A stretch of 64,000 nucleotides of DNA from Octopus sinensis (GCF_006345805.1 NC_043009.1:71672001-71736000), one strand, 5' to 3'. Positions 24,831-38,158 are shown, counted from the stretch's first letter. Notes: a model not told the origin generated them from the sequence alone. Translations and numbers: made by a program.

Positions 24831-25697
24831 TACACAGCACACATATGCACATGTGTATATATGTATATATGTGTGTGTGTGTGTGTGTGTGTATTATGTT
24901 GACACGCATATATACATTCAAACATAGTGACATATATATACAGACCCAAATGTGTATGTAATAAATATACATCTGTTGATGTTTTGCATATATGTGTATG
25001 CACATAGCTATGTATTTCTTCCACTTTATATGCATAAATATACATAAATGTACACACACACACACGCACACACACACACGCACACACACACAAGCTTCCA
25101 CAGAACTTGAAACAGAAGGAGGGAAGCCAACTTCCACATCAGTTTCTCCCTCCCTCCCGGCCATCACCTGCTCCCAGTCTGTGATGTATTATTTCCTTTC
25201 CGTCTCCTTCTGTGAAGCATCCACTTTCCATCCGCCGCCGCCACCCCCACCCCCACCGGTATCCTATCCTCCCACCACTCCCCTTACTTTACAAAACAAC
25301 TCATTGTTATACTCCCACCCTTCCTCTCTCTCCTCCTCCATTATCAATGATATGTCATCCCAACATCTGGCTGTGACACTTCATCTCATCATCATCATCA
25401 TCATCAGGTGGAGGAGGAGGGGGAGGAGGGGAGGCAGGGAGTTCTGCAGAATCCCTGGTGCATCTCATTCTTTTTGCTCTGAGTTCAAATTCTGCCAGAG
25501 TCAACTTCACCTTCCATTTTGGTTTTTTTCTTGGTGGTGGTTGTGGTGGGGTGGGGTGTCAATAGAATTAGTACCAGTTGCATACTGGGGTTGATTAATC
25601 AACTACACCACCTCACTCAAAATTTCTGGCCTTCTGCCTTATACTAGAAAGGATTATTATTATTATTATTATTATCATTATTATTATTATTATTATT

Positions 25698-26024
25698 GAG
25701 AGAGCAGTGCATGCCATCAAAGTGACACTGGGGTAAAATACACGAAGCCCAGTATACCCATCATGACTACCCGTCTGATAAAGGTACACCAGGCACATGC
25801 ATCACAACCATATGTGCGCGACATGGTGATCTCATATCAAGATAAACAGCACATGACCTTGCAGGTGGGGCCCAGTTAGAATTTTCTTCAGGTCGAGTAG
25901 CCCATCCCGCTCAAAAGGTCCCTGAATAAGGGTTGTTTAAGGATGTTGAAAGAACCACCCATGTTTCCAAAGGTGAATTATCCAAACCCCAAAGAATCCC
26001 TCTCAACACATGGCTATGATGCTC
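25698..26024 (-). mobile_element. Truncated copy of the 559-bp (TAA)n-associated element
   Basis: Matches ~35089-35417 and abuts (TTA)n at 25653-25697. Confidence 0.8.
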
Positions 26025-26378
26025 TAGCCATGGCAGAGTTATTCTTTTCAGTCATGCTTATTTATTTGTCTGTGGACAAGATATCTCAAGAACCGCTGAA
26101 TGGATTCAGATGAAACTTTCAGGGATGTTTGGCCTTGTGACTGGCACAAACTGATTAGATTCTGGGATCGATCCAGTACCAGACAAGGATTCTAGATTAT
26201 TTTTTCCGGTTTTTTACTTAATTTTTAAGAGCAATTGGGTTCATTTTTAGTATTCTCGTTTGTGAGAGCAGTTGAGTTTATTTCAGATCTTCTCATTTAA
26301 AAAATCCTCTCTGGCTAATCATTGAGAGGACATTGGTGTTGCCTTGGCTGAGGTTTGTGCTCTCCGAGTGCTCTTGTT
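26025..26378 (+). mobile_element. Probable Helentron-associated (HINE/DINE-like) non-autonomous element
   Basis: Degenerate subterminal motif gcc.tggc.gag at both ends, tttgtctg microsatellite near the 5' end, and a 3' hairpin gtgctc..gagtgc. Confidence 0.5.
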
Positions 26379-27142
26379 ATCATTGTGGTGAGCTGACAGA
26401 ATTGTTAGCATGCCAGACAAAATGCTTAGTAGTGTATTGTCCATCTTTACAATTTGAATTCAAATTCCTCTGAAATCAACTTTTTCTTTTATCCTTTTGG
26501 GTGCTGGTATCTATTTAAATGTTTCATTTTATATTTTATACTCTGAGGGTATTTTCAATACTTACCAAAGATATTCTTCCATGTGTGTGTGTGTGTGTGG
26601 AAGAGAGGGCAAATATTTAGGTAGGTCTCTACCAAAATACTATTAAGAATAAATGACTGCTTTCTTGGTTCTTAAAGAATAAAAGGCAAAGATAACCAAG
26701 GAATTTCTGCATTAGGATCTGAAGACATAATCTATGAGCTAATGAAATGGATATTGGAGATAATCAGGGTTCTGTGATATCTTGGTTCAAACCCATTATC
26801 CTAAGACTGAACCCAGGACGATGTGGTTGGGAAACAGACTTGACTCAAAGCATCAATTCTAATGATGAATGGATGCTGTTAGCCAATCAGAAGTGAAACT
26901 TTTGTAATATCAGCTGTAAATGGTGGGGAGGTGAGAGATAAGAAAAACGAAAATAATGAGAAAAGGATGCCATAGCCTTTCCCTATCATTTAACTATTTC
27001 ATCGTTTCTTATCATATCTGGGAAAGCTGTGTGTTTATTCTATCCGGCTGTTTTCTCTTCATACCTTCATACATACGTATGAACATATATGCATGTGTGT
27101 GTGTGTATGTATGTATATGTGTGTGTGTGTGTGTGTGTGTGA

Positions 27143-27182
<40 letters not shown>

Positions 27183-27650
27183 GTGTGTGTGTGTTTATAT
27201 ATAATTAATTATATAGTTAGTTCAAAACACCCATCAATTCATTTTCCCTTTGCTGTAAAATTTATTCCGATATGCTGATTATCTCGCTCATAAATTTTCC
27301 ATAACTTCTGATTAGAACAAGTGGTGAGTGTTTAAAAATAACTGTCCAGGATTAAATTTTAAAAAACAAATAATAAAAACACAAGCAAAATCAAGAAATC
27401 CCTTCAACCATGAACAAACAGATCACAGGTTCTAATCAGTTCAAGTTGAAAAATAAAATATTCCTGCTGAATTTCTGAGAGAAACAAAACATAAATAATA
27501 CAGTCAAAGCTCTATATATACGCACTTCCCAACCATAGGGTTTCAGGTTCAATCCTGCTGCATGGCACTTTGGGCAAGCATCTTCTTCTTTAGGACAGAT
27601 CCAACTAAATCTTTGTGTGCGGATTCAGTGTGTGGAGATTGTAGAACCCA

Positions 27651-27698
<48 letters not shown>

Positions 27699-28319
27699 CA
27701 TACATATTGATATGAAGACAGATATTCGTACATACAAATGCACACACATGATATATAAGCGAACATATGTACACTAAGGAAGAAAGTGAGAGAGAGTGTG
27801 TGTGTGTGCGCGTGTGTGTGTATATACATATATATATATATATATAAATGCATATATATATAAATGCATGTGAAGGTGCATGGTTAGAGCATTGGGCTCA
27901 CAAACATGAGGTAGTGAGTCTGATTCCTGGACCGGGTTGTGTGTTGTGTTCTTGAGCAAGACATTTTTTCTTCCCATTGCTCCAGTTCCCTCAGCTGTAG
28001 AAATGAGTCGCACCGTCACAGGTGCCAAGCTGTGTCGGCCCCTTCGCCTTTCCCTTGGATAACACTGGTGGCATGGAAAGGGGAGGCTGGTATGCATGGG
28101 CGACTGCTGGTCTCCCATAAATGAAATTAAGAACAGCAAAATCAAGAAATTCCCTCAACCATGAACGAACAGATCATGAGTTCTAATCAGTTTTGTGTTG
28201 AAGAATAAAATATTCCTTTTGGATTTCTGAAAGAAACAAAGCATAAAGGATACCTCAGAGAATAACTTCAGGGTGCAATCCCATGGTCATTCATGACCAA
28301 ATGGGGTCTTTGCTCCTTT

Positions 28320-28393
<74 letters not shown>

Positions 28394-28423
28394 CATATAT
28401 ACATACATGCATACATACATACA

Positions 28424-28485
<62 letters not shown>

Positions 28486-29578
28486 AATATATAATGTATG
28501 TATATACGACAAGCTTCTTTCAGTTTCCGTCTACCAAATCCACTCTCAAGGCTTTGGTTGGCCCGAGGCTATAGTAGAAGACACTTGCCTAAGGTGCCAC
28601 ACAGTGGGACTGAATCCAGAACCATGTGGTTGGTAAACAAGCTACTTACCACACAGAGAGAAAAAGAGAAAAAGAGAGGAGGAATAGATAGATATCGTTA
28701 TTACTATTATTATTTCTTCATAACACAGTGTAAGTAAAAATGCACCAGAGTCTTTAGTCAAGTCACACGCACACATACACACACATGCACACACACACAT
28801 ACACACACACGCACGCACGCATACACACACACACATATATATGCATGTAGAATACATCTATATATATGTATGAATGTATACGACTTTTGTTATTATTATT
28901 ATTGTTGTTTTTCGTTTTTGGATTTGGTTTGCAAGATTCTTTATATGAGTTCGTGTGTTGAAGCATATTATGTTGTGTCTGGGGAGAGTCATTCTCTTTT
29001 GGTGCCTTATTATTTAACACACTCACCGGTAAAGATTTCACTTATTTCTTATTTTTATTTTCTAAAATTTTCGTTGCGTCTTGCAACCTTTTCAATAGTC
29101 TTGACTCTGTCCCTTATTTACACTGCGTTCCCTTTTGTTTGTTTGTGCACATGTGTGTGGGTCAGTGTGTGTGTGTGTGTGCCTATATATGCATGCATGT
29201 ACGCATGTATGTGTGTGTGTGTTTGCATGAGTATGTATGTATATATGTATGTGTATGCATATGTATGTACGTATCCTGCATATTTATGTGCTCGCCTGTC
29301 CGTGTTTGTGTATGTTCTATGTATGTGTGTGTGAGCGTGTGTTTGTATATGTATGCACCTCTGTCTCCTTGTGTGTGCATATCTGTGTGTGTGTGTGTTA
29401 TGTAACTGTGTACCATGTTTGTATGTATGGATGTGCATCTTTATGTGTGTGGATCCGTGTCTCCATATGTGTCTGTTCTTGTAACCTATGTACCTATCCG
29501 TCTGTATGTTGATCTGTTTATTTACATATCTAAATGCTTACATACATGAATTTTTTAAAAAATAAAATAAAATTATTA

Positions 29579-29622
<44 letters not shown>

Positions 29623-29926
29623 TTTATTGTTATTATTATTAGTAGTAGTAGTAGTATCATCTTTATTATCATTATTATTATTTATTTATTCATTTATATA
29701 TTTATTAATAAGTTTGAACTGACTTCATGCAATTTGAAGTTTAGTAGATCTGTCATATGAACCTGACTGATCAAGAGAGGCTGCCTAACAGTGATGAGCT
29801 GCGTTCACATGATGAGCCGAGAAAACTTTAAGTCACATGGAACTGAATCACACCTTATGGTGAAACCTAAAAGATCAACACCATGTTCCTCCACACTATG
29901 CACATTTTCAGATCCCCAGTGTATAT

Positions 29927-29963
<37 letters not shown>

Positions 29964-31298
29964 AAAGGTCAACCAGAGATGACGAATCTAGACATCACTT
30001 CCATGAGTTGTCATAGAAACTGCCTCGTTTCTTGTCTGATGAAATTGGAGCATCTGTTCTTTTACATTTTGCCAGAAGAGATGCATTCCTCTGAGCAGCT
30101 GAGCCATCTCCTGCAAACCGGTTCTTCTTGGAAATCTTGATGTTCCATATTTTATGAGGAACAGATATACATTGAGACATCTACCGAAACCCATCATGGC
30201 AGACAGGTGTGGTTGTTCTTTATTGGATATCTGTCTGTATTTCTTCCTTTTTTCTTTAATGCAAGAGCAGTTCTGTGTGCAGCGATGACCAAAACTGAAT
30301 ACTTGGCGCTCACAATGTTTTCAGGTTCTTACAATCCACTGCAACTCAGACAGTAAAAACTTCCATATTAACATAAATGTTAAGGATTAGGAGTAAATAA
30401 ATGAGACATTTTGAAAGAAACTCTGGGTGTTGATAAAAACTAGCTGGATGGTCTATTTGAGAAGATTTTCAAACTGGGGTCACTTTCAGAAAAGTGTAGC
30501 CTGGCAGTACAACAAGAGGCATTACCATTTTGAGACAAACACCACAAATACAAAAGTACCATCAAATGGGGATAGAGGGCTATGAAAGCATACAACATAC
30601 AATCCCTCAGTGAACAGTGCATATGAGTGTACTGGGCCCTTGCAAAAGGGCCTCACAGGTCTAGCAACCCAATTCTGATCTGTATTTTGATGTGGCTTAC
30701 TGTCAGTAAATAAATAGGAACCAGGGCACTGATTTCCCTAAGGGCCAAGAATACTGCTAAAACAACTCTGGAGCTGAGTTGTTTTATTAAATAACCGTTG
30801 TCCTGTACAGGATGAACAAAGCAACAGACCGAGTCCATTGTGAATATTTTATTTTACTGTTTACTTTTGGCTGAAGACAGATGACCGCTTTTTTGGTCAA
30901 GCTTTCATTGAATTTTTACAAGCTCCAACTTGAATAGTAAGGTGAGAGTGGAGGGAAAGGTTCTGCTCATCAGTAAACTCATTGAAAGGTTGGTACAAGT
31001 GCCAAGTATGGCCCATGTGAATGAGTTTACTCTCTGCATTCCCCTGCCAACCAGCAAAAGTCAGCTGGGAAGCGGGGACTTGCTCTGGATGGTTAAGATA
31101 ATCCCTGATTCTATGGGATTCTTTGATTGGCTCCAAGTGACTGTTCTCCTTATGGGTGGGCCTTTTCCTTGTTCCCATTTTATTGACATAAACTTCACAC
31201 TGTTTTGTATTCCCAATCCTTATTCTCTTTCTAAAATGTCTTGAAATTCTGAGTCCAAAAAATAAAACAAAAAATAATTTTATCAATAATAATAATAC

Positions 31299-31995
31299 CA
31301 ATTTGAACTAGCTTACAAAACAACCACAATTGGACTGGCCAAATATCTCGAAATATCGAATGACTGGATGCTAAAGCTCGTGGAAAATCACGAGAGACGA
31401 AAGGAGCTTCATTCTATTATAAAGGAAAGCAAAAAATTTGCTATTGATCTCGTGCAGGATACCCAAACTGAACAACCCGAGGGAAGTACGGCAATTATTG
31501 TTGCAAAGAAGGTGAAAATAATGGCAACGAAAAAAGCGCACAAGCAATTGGCTGATAGGTGGGAGGAGAAACCTCTGCACGGCAAATATGTGACCCGCAG
31601 CAAACAAGCTGATGTTGACCAGAAGCAAACCCATCAGTGGCTACGGAGCTCAGGGCTAAAAGCAGAGAGCGAAGGTTTCATCCTGGCTGCTCAAGATCAA
31701 AGCCTATTAACCTGGAACTACCAGGCCAATGTGATGAAAAATGGAGCAGACCCAAAATGCCGATTCTGCAACGACATGATTGAAACAGTGGACCACCTAA
31801 TCTCTGGATGTAAAGTCTTAGCTCCAGTGGAGTATAAATTAAGACATGACAGAGTTGGCCAATATCTACACTGGCTAATAAGTCGGCATTACAATATCAA
31901 TGGCCTATCAATGTATACTATGAGTTTCTTTGCCCTAGGAGTCGGGAAGACACTCGGCAAGAAATGGAAGCAAATTTGAAAGAAGAAAAAAAAAG
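31299..31995 (+). mobile_element. 5'-truncated, internally deleted Dong/R4 element, family A
   Basis: KPLHGKY, AESEGFILAAQDQ, CRFC..H..C and RHD, then a jump at ~31897 directly into the family-A 3'UTR. TAA tracts on both sides. Confidence 0.88.
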
Positions 31996-32020
31996 TAATA
32001 ATAATAATAATAATAATAAC

Positions 32021-32235
32021 AATAAAACAAGATAAAAGGTATCAACACTTTAGCCATCCCAGTTATAAGTTACACCTACAATATCCTTAACTGGACACTA
32101 AATGAACTGACCAAAATAGATAGGAAAACAAGAAAAATGATGACAGGATCTAGGATGCATCACCCAAAATCTGATATAGAAAGGCTATATATACAACGTA
32201 TAGAAGGTGGTAGAGGCCTTATACAGCTGGAAACT
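32021..32235 (+). mobile_element. Internal fragment of Dong/R4 family D, inverted relative to the neighbouring copy
   Basis: Reverse complement of ~33879-34090 with scattered substitutions (MHHPKSDIERLYIQRIEGGRGL). Preceded by (TAA)n. Confidence 0.85.
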
Positions 32236-32424
32236 GAGAAACTGAGTGTGTGTGTGTGTGTGTGTGGTGTGTGTGTGTGTGTGTGTATATATGTGTGGGT
32301 GTGTTATAGTGAGGGTTTTACATGTAAACAGGTTTAACAAAAAAGGTAGTAATAACATTTTAACATTTTAACAATGGGTATTGTTAAACCTGTTTACACG
32401 TAAAACCCTCACTATAACACATAT

Positions 32425-32478
<54 letters not shown>

Positions 32479-32486
32479 AGTTTCTC
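32236..32486. repeat. Foldback inverted repeat (~105-bp arms including (GT)n/(AC)n, 40-bp spacer)
   Basis: gagaaactgag(tg)n..gtgttatagtgagggttttacatgtaaacaggtttaacaa is mirrored by ttgttaaacctgtttacacgtaaaaccctcactataacac..(ac)n ctcagtttctc. Confidence 0.85.
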
Positions 32487-32589
32487 TCTCTCTCTTTTAA
32501 TGTTTTATCCTGTGCTATCATTAATGTTTTTCTTAATGTAAACCATTTGTTGTTAATAAAGATATCATCATCATCATCATCATTACTTC

Positions 32590-32630
<41 letters not shown>

Positions 32631-32646
32631 CATTATTATTATTATT

Positions 32647-33632
32647 CTTCAGTAGTATATTTTTTTTCGCGTTCTTTCACTTCACTACCGAGCGCAGCTC
32701 TGTGTGCCTTGGGTATGTGCTGTGATTTGTTGTGATGCTCTGATGTTTATTGTATGGAAAGTGTTCTGCGTAGGATGTGTGCAGTGCCTAGTAGTGCAAT
32801 TTTCTGTATGTTATATGTGTTTGTAAGTCCTGGTGTTTTTGTTATGTATTTCTCTGAATATTTTTTTATCATGCCTAATGCACCTATTATGATAGGAATT
32901 GTTTCTGTTTTTAGATTCCGCATTCTGGTTACCTCTATTTCCAGGTCTTTGTATTTTGAAAGTTTCTCCATTTCTTTTAGAGACATGTTGTCATCTGCCG
33001 GTATTGATACATCAATTAGAAAGCATTTTTTTTCTTCGTGATCTCATGATATCTGGTCTGTTAGCCTTAATTTCTCTATCTGTGTGTATCGGCATATCCC
33101 AGAGTATGGTTGCTTTCTCGTTTTCTGTGATCTTTTCAGGTGTGTGCCTATACCATCTTTTTTCTGTTGTTATTTCATAATGTTGGCATAGCTTCCAGTG
33201 TATGTAGGTCCCAACTCTGTCGTGTCTGTGAATATATTCCTTATAAGCCAGGACTGGGCAGCCAGAGGTAATATGATTTATTGTTTCTTGTCCATCTCCA
33301 CATATTCTGCAGTTACTTGTTATATTTCTTTTCATTACATGGTTTTGGTAATTTCTGGTGGAAAGGCTTTGGTCTTGTGCTGCAATTAAAAATCCCTCTG
33401 TCTCTGCTTTGAGTCCTGAGCTTCTCAACCATTGCTGGGATTTTTCTTTGTCTATTTCTTTTGCATTTAGTTTAGTCCAGTATTTACCATGAAGGGGCTT
33501 TTCTTGCCATTGTTTTATCATGGTTCGTTGCTGTTCTAGTTTTAGTTTGGATTTCATTTGTTTTATAGCTTTTGTTGTTTCTCTCTTCTTCTTCTTCTTC
33601 TTCTTCTTCTTCTTCTTCTTCTTCTTCTTCTT

Positions 33633-33712
<80 letters not shown>

Positions 33713-34991
33713 CTTCATATTTATTAGGTGGTATGATTTCTTGTTTGTATTTGTCAGCTTCCTTAAATACTGAGAACAGTTTTTTGTTTTGCTTGTGTTT
33801 TGCCGCTATTTGTATCAGTTTTCCTTCCTTCTGAAGTAGATATTTTTGCAGTCCTATGGTGGTTATTTTATAATAGTTTTCCAGCTGTATAAGGCCTCTA
33901 CCACCTTCTATACGTTGTATATATAGTCTTTCTATGTCAGATTTTGGGTGATGCATCCTAGATCCTGTCATTATTTTTCTTGTTTTCCTATCTATTTTGG
34001 TCAGTTCATTTCGTGTCCAGTTAAGGATATTGTAGCTGTAACTTATAACTGGGACAGCTAAAGTGTTGATACCTATTATCTTGTTTTTAGCATTGAGCTC
34101 TGTGTTTAGTATTGATCTAACTCGTCTATAATATTCTTTTTTTATTTTCTCTTTCATTTGTGTGTGTTGTGTCTTATCTAGTTTATGGATTCCTAAGTAT
34201 TTGTAAGTTTGGCTTTGGTCTAATTCTTTTATTTCATTGGTTTTATCTAGTGTGATGTTGTTACTCTTAACTAGTTTTCCTCTTTTCATGGTTACTTTGG
34301 CACATTTTTCTAATCCAAATTTCATATCTATTTCTTTGGTAAATCCATGAACTGTCTTTAATAGTGTTTCCAGCTGTTTGTCATTTGCAGCGTATAGTTT
34401 TAGGTCATCCATATATAAAAGGTGGCTGATCGTTTTGCCGTAACATTTATATCCGCATCCAGTTCTATTTAGCATATCAGATAGAGGTGACAGTGCCAAG
34501 CAGAAAAGGAGTGGAGAGAGCGTGTCTCCCTGGAATATTCCTCTTCTAATGGAGATGTCTTTGGTTTTCATGAGTCCCTCTTTTGTTTGGAGGTGTAGGA
34601 CTGTTTGCCATTTATTCATAGAGTGCTCTATGAATTTTATGATTGTTGGTGCTACTTTGTTAATGGCTAGTGTTTCGAGGATCCATGTGTGGGGGATGCT
34701 ATCAAACGCCTTTTTGTAGTCAATCCAGGCCATACTGAGGCCTTTCTTCTTTCTGTGGCTGTCTTCAGTTATGGCTTTATTAATCATTAGTTGATCTTTA
34801 CAGCCATATGAGCCTTTGCGGCATCCTTTCTGCTCTTCTGGGAACAGTTTGTTTTCGTCCAGGTGCTTGTTCAGCCTTTGTGATATCACTGCAGTAAATG
34901 CCTTGAACATAGTAGGGAGGCAGGTTATTGGTCTGTAGTTTTCTGGTTTTTCTGTTTCATTTGATTTGGGAATTAAGATGGTTTTCCCCTT
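32647..34991 (-). mobile_element. 5'-truncated Dong/R4 element, family D (RT to 3'UTR)
   Basis: Minus-strand ORF 33012-34910 with DYKKAFDS, QGDTLSP, YMDD, CRIC..H..C and RPD. Frameshift near 33040, with the C-terminus in 32747-32986. (TTA)n on both sides. Confidence 0.93.
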
Positions 34992-35027
34992 ATTATTATT
35001 ACTATTATTATTATTATTATTATCATA

Positions 35028-35084
<57 letters not shown>

Positions 35085-35643
35085 GAGTGAGAGAGCAGTT
35101 CATGCCATCAAAGTGACACTGGGGTAAAATATACGAAGCCCAATATACCCATCATGACTACCCGTCTGATAAGGGCACACCAGGCACATGCATCACAACC
35201 ATATGTGCGCGACATGGTGATCTCATATCAAGATAAACAGCACATGACCTTGCAGGTGGGGCCCAGTTAGAATTTTCTTCAGGAATTTACTCAGCCCATC
35301 CCGCTCAAACGGTCCCTGAATAAGGGTTGTTTAAGGATGTTGAAAGAACCACCCATGTTTCCAGAGGTGAATTATTCAAACCCCAAAGAATCCCTCTCAA
35401 CACATGGCTATGATGCTCCCCCACTACTTCTGCTCGTGATCAGAGATGCACATATCATCAACCACCAAGGGACATGCTCAACTGGTTAAGGTCAAACAAC
35501 TGACAAGCAAATCTGTGGTATTGAGCAGAATATTTGCTGTAGCCCATCTTTTATACCAAGACAAAACAAGGTACATGATAACACTTCCAATCAGTGAAGA
35601 TCAGAAGCCATGAGAGCCACTGCCTGGTACTGCATCAGGGCAT
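35085..35643 (-). mobile_element. 559-bp non-coding element inserted in (TAA)n; putative non-autonomous passenger
   Basis: (TTA)n on both sides, no long ORF, and a highly similar second copy at 25698-26024 that shares one end. Confidence 0.75.
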
Positions 35644-35879
35644 TTATTATTATTATTATTATTATTACTACTATTATTATTATTACTACTATTATTATTA
35701 TTATTATTATTATTAATACTATTATTATTATTATTATTACTATTATTATTATTATCATTACTACTATTATTATTACTACTACTATTATTATTATTACTAC
35801 TATTATTATTATTATTATTATTATTACTATTATTATTATTATTATTACTACTATTATTATTATTATTATTATTATCATA

Positions 35880-35929
<50 letters not shown>

Positions 35930-35970
35930 CATTATTATTATTACTACTATTATTATTATTATTATTATTA
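35644..35970. repeat. Long (TAT/TAC)n microsatellite
   Basis: Read directly from the sequence. Confidence 0.95.
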
Positions 35971-36230
35971 TCATCATCATCATCATCATCATTTAGCGTC
36001 CGCTTTCCATGCTAGCATGGGTTGGACGGGTCAACTGGGGTCTGTGAAGCTGGAAGGCTTCGTCAGGCCCAGTCAGATCTGGCAGTGTTTCTACGGCTGG
36101 ATGCCCTTCCTAACGCCAACCACTCCGCGAGTGTAGTGGGTTTTTTTACGTGCTACCTACACAGGTGCCAGACAGAGCTGGCGAACGGCCATGAACGGAT
36201 GGTGCTTTTACGTGTCACCGGCACGGGGCC
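35970..36230 (-). mobile_element. RTE 3'UTR fragment
   Basis: Reverse complement of the same RTE 3' end, with a (CAT)n tail. Confidence 0.8.
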
Positions 36231-36236
36231 ATCATA

Positions 36237-36282
<46 letters not shown>

Positions 36283-36569
36283 TATTACCATTATTAAGTA
36301 TGGTTTCTCTCATCCTTCTCAATGAAGCTGTCTTTTAGTTGTCAGGAAAGTAATTAAAGTTAGAAACAATTCTCCAAGATTTAATCTCAGAACTTTGATG
36401 TATTTTCAGGTTCTCCAGTAACAAAATCCTTGCAACAAGTCTCACAAGAAGAAAATAAGGCTAAACAACAACAACAAAAATAACAAAATCAAAAGAGATA
36501 AAAAAAAGACTTTGAGACTAATAGAATTACTTAATCACTCAATTATAATGAAGGTTCTTTCTCTTACTT

Positions 36570-36611
<42 letters not shown>

Positions 36612-37164
36612 CCTTTCTCTTTCTCTTTCTCTCATACACACAATCTTTTAATCCCTCTTTTCTGAAACCTCATCACACATACACCCAGCCCCAGCCCCCC
36701 ACCACCACCCCAAACACACACACACACACAACATCCCCCTTTGCATACACACCAAAAACAACAACAATTCCTCTACCCCTCACCCCTTCCACACTCCAAA
36801 ATGTCGATGAGAAAACGTTTACGTGGCCACCAGACTTGCTAGAAACAACAGTAAACTTTCCTTCAACTCCTTAAACAACAAAACTGAAAATGAATTCTAA
36901 AAGTAGAGTGGTTAAAAATAAGATGGTAAAGTCATGGCTGGAATGTCTTTGAACCAAGGTCTGCCTGATCAGAGTTGATCTGGACTAAACAGCAACAACA
37001 ACAGTAACAACAACTCCCATACAATCTAGCTGCAGAGTCGTGGCTGTGTAGTTAAAAAGCCTGCTTTGCACCCACATGGTCTTGGGTTCAGTCTCACTGC
37101 ACAGCACATGGGCCAAGTATCTTCTACTTTTAAGGGGATTTCGCAGATGGAAACTGTGTGGAAG

Positions 37165-37653
37165 CCCGGCAATGGCCATGCTCAAATGGTGTTTTTACGT
37201 GCCACCTGCACAGGAGCCAGTCCAGCGGCACTGGCAATGACCTCGCTTGAATATTTTTTCACATGCCACCAGCACAAGTGCCAGTAAGGCAATGCTGATA
37301 ATGATCCCACTTGAATGGTGCTTTGTACATGCCACGGGCATGGAAGCCAATCAGCTGCTCTGGCAATGATCACGCTCAGATGGTGCTCTTAGCGTTCCAC
37401 TAGCACAGATGCCAGTCATGCGGTGCTGTCATCGAATTTGATTTCGATTTCACTTGCCTCAACAGGTCTTCTCAAGCAGAGTTTAGTGTCCAATGAAGGA
37501 AAGGGTAGGCATAAGTGGGCTGGTTACACCCCTGGCAGAGGCCATGAGGTTATGGTCTCACTTGGCTTGCCAGGTCTTCTCAAGCACAGCATACTTCCAA
37601 AGGTCTTGGCCACTGGTCATTGTTCAAAGGTCATGCTTCACCACCTCATCCCA
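37165..37653 (-). mobile_element. RTE 3' region fragment
   Basis: ggtgctttt(t)acgtgcc repeats plus the ORF-terminal segment homologous to 44390-44640. Confidence 0.7.
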
Positions 37654-38023
37654 TGAGGAGGAGGATGAGGATGATGTTGCTGTTGCTGCTGCTGATGATG
37701 ATGAGGAGGAGGAGGATGAGGATGATGTTGCTGTTGCTGCTGCTGCTGATGATGATGAGGAGGAGGGGGATGATGAGGATAATGTTGCTGTTGCTGCTGC
37801 TGCTGATGATGATGATGTTGTTGTTGCTGCTGTTGCTGCTACTGCTGCTGCTGATGATGATGAGGATGATGTTGCTGTTGCTGCTGCTGCTGATGATGAT
37901 GAGGAGGAGGGGGATGATGAGGATAATGTTGCTGTTGCTGCTGCTGCTGATGATGATGATGTTGTTGTTGCTGCTGTTGCTGCTACTGCTGCTGCTGATG
38001 ATGATGAGGATGATGTTGCTGTT

Positions 38024-38054
<31 letters not shown>

Positions 38055-38070
38055 AGGATGAGGATGATGT

Positions 38071-38108
<38 letters not shown>

Positions 38109-38158
38109 ATGATGAGGAGGAGGATGATGATGATGTTACTGTTGTTGTTGTTGTTGTT
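37654..38158. repeat. Compound trinucleotide repeat (GAT/GAG/GCT/GTT) with a 144-bp higher-order duplication
   Basis: The marker gggggatgatgaggataat recurs at 37765 and 37909. Confidence 0.85.

Noticed and set aside
35591-35996. Poly-Ile 'membrane protein' ORFs
   Set aside because: Translation of a (TAT/TAC)n microsatellite.
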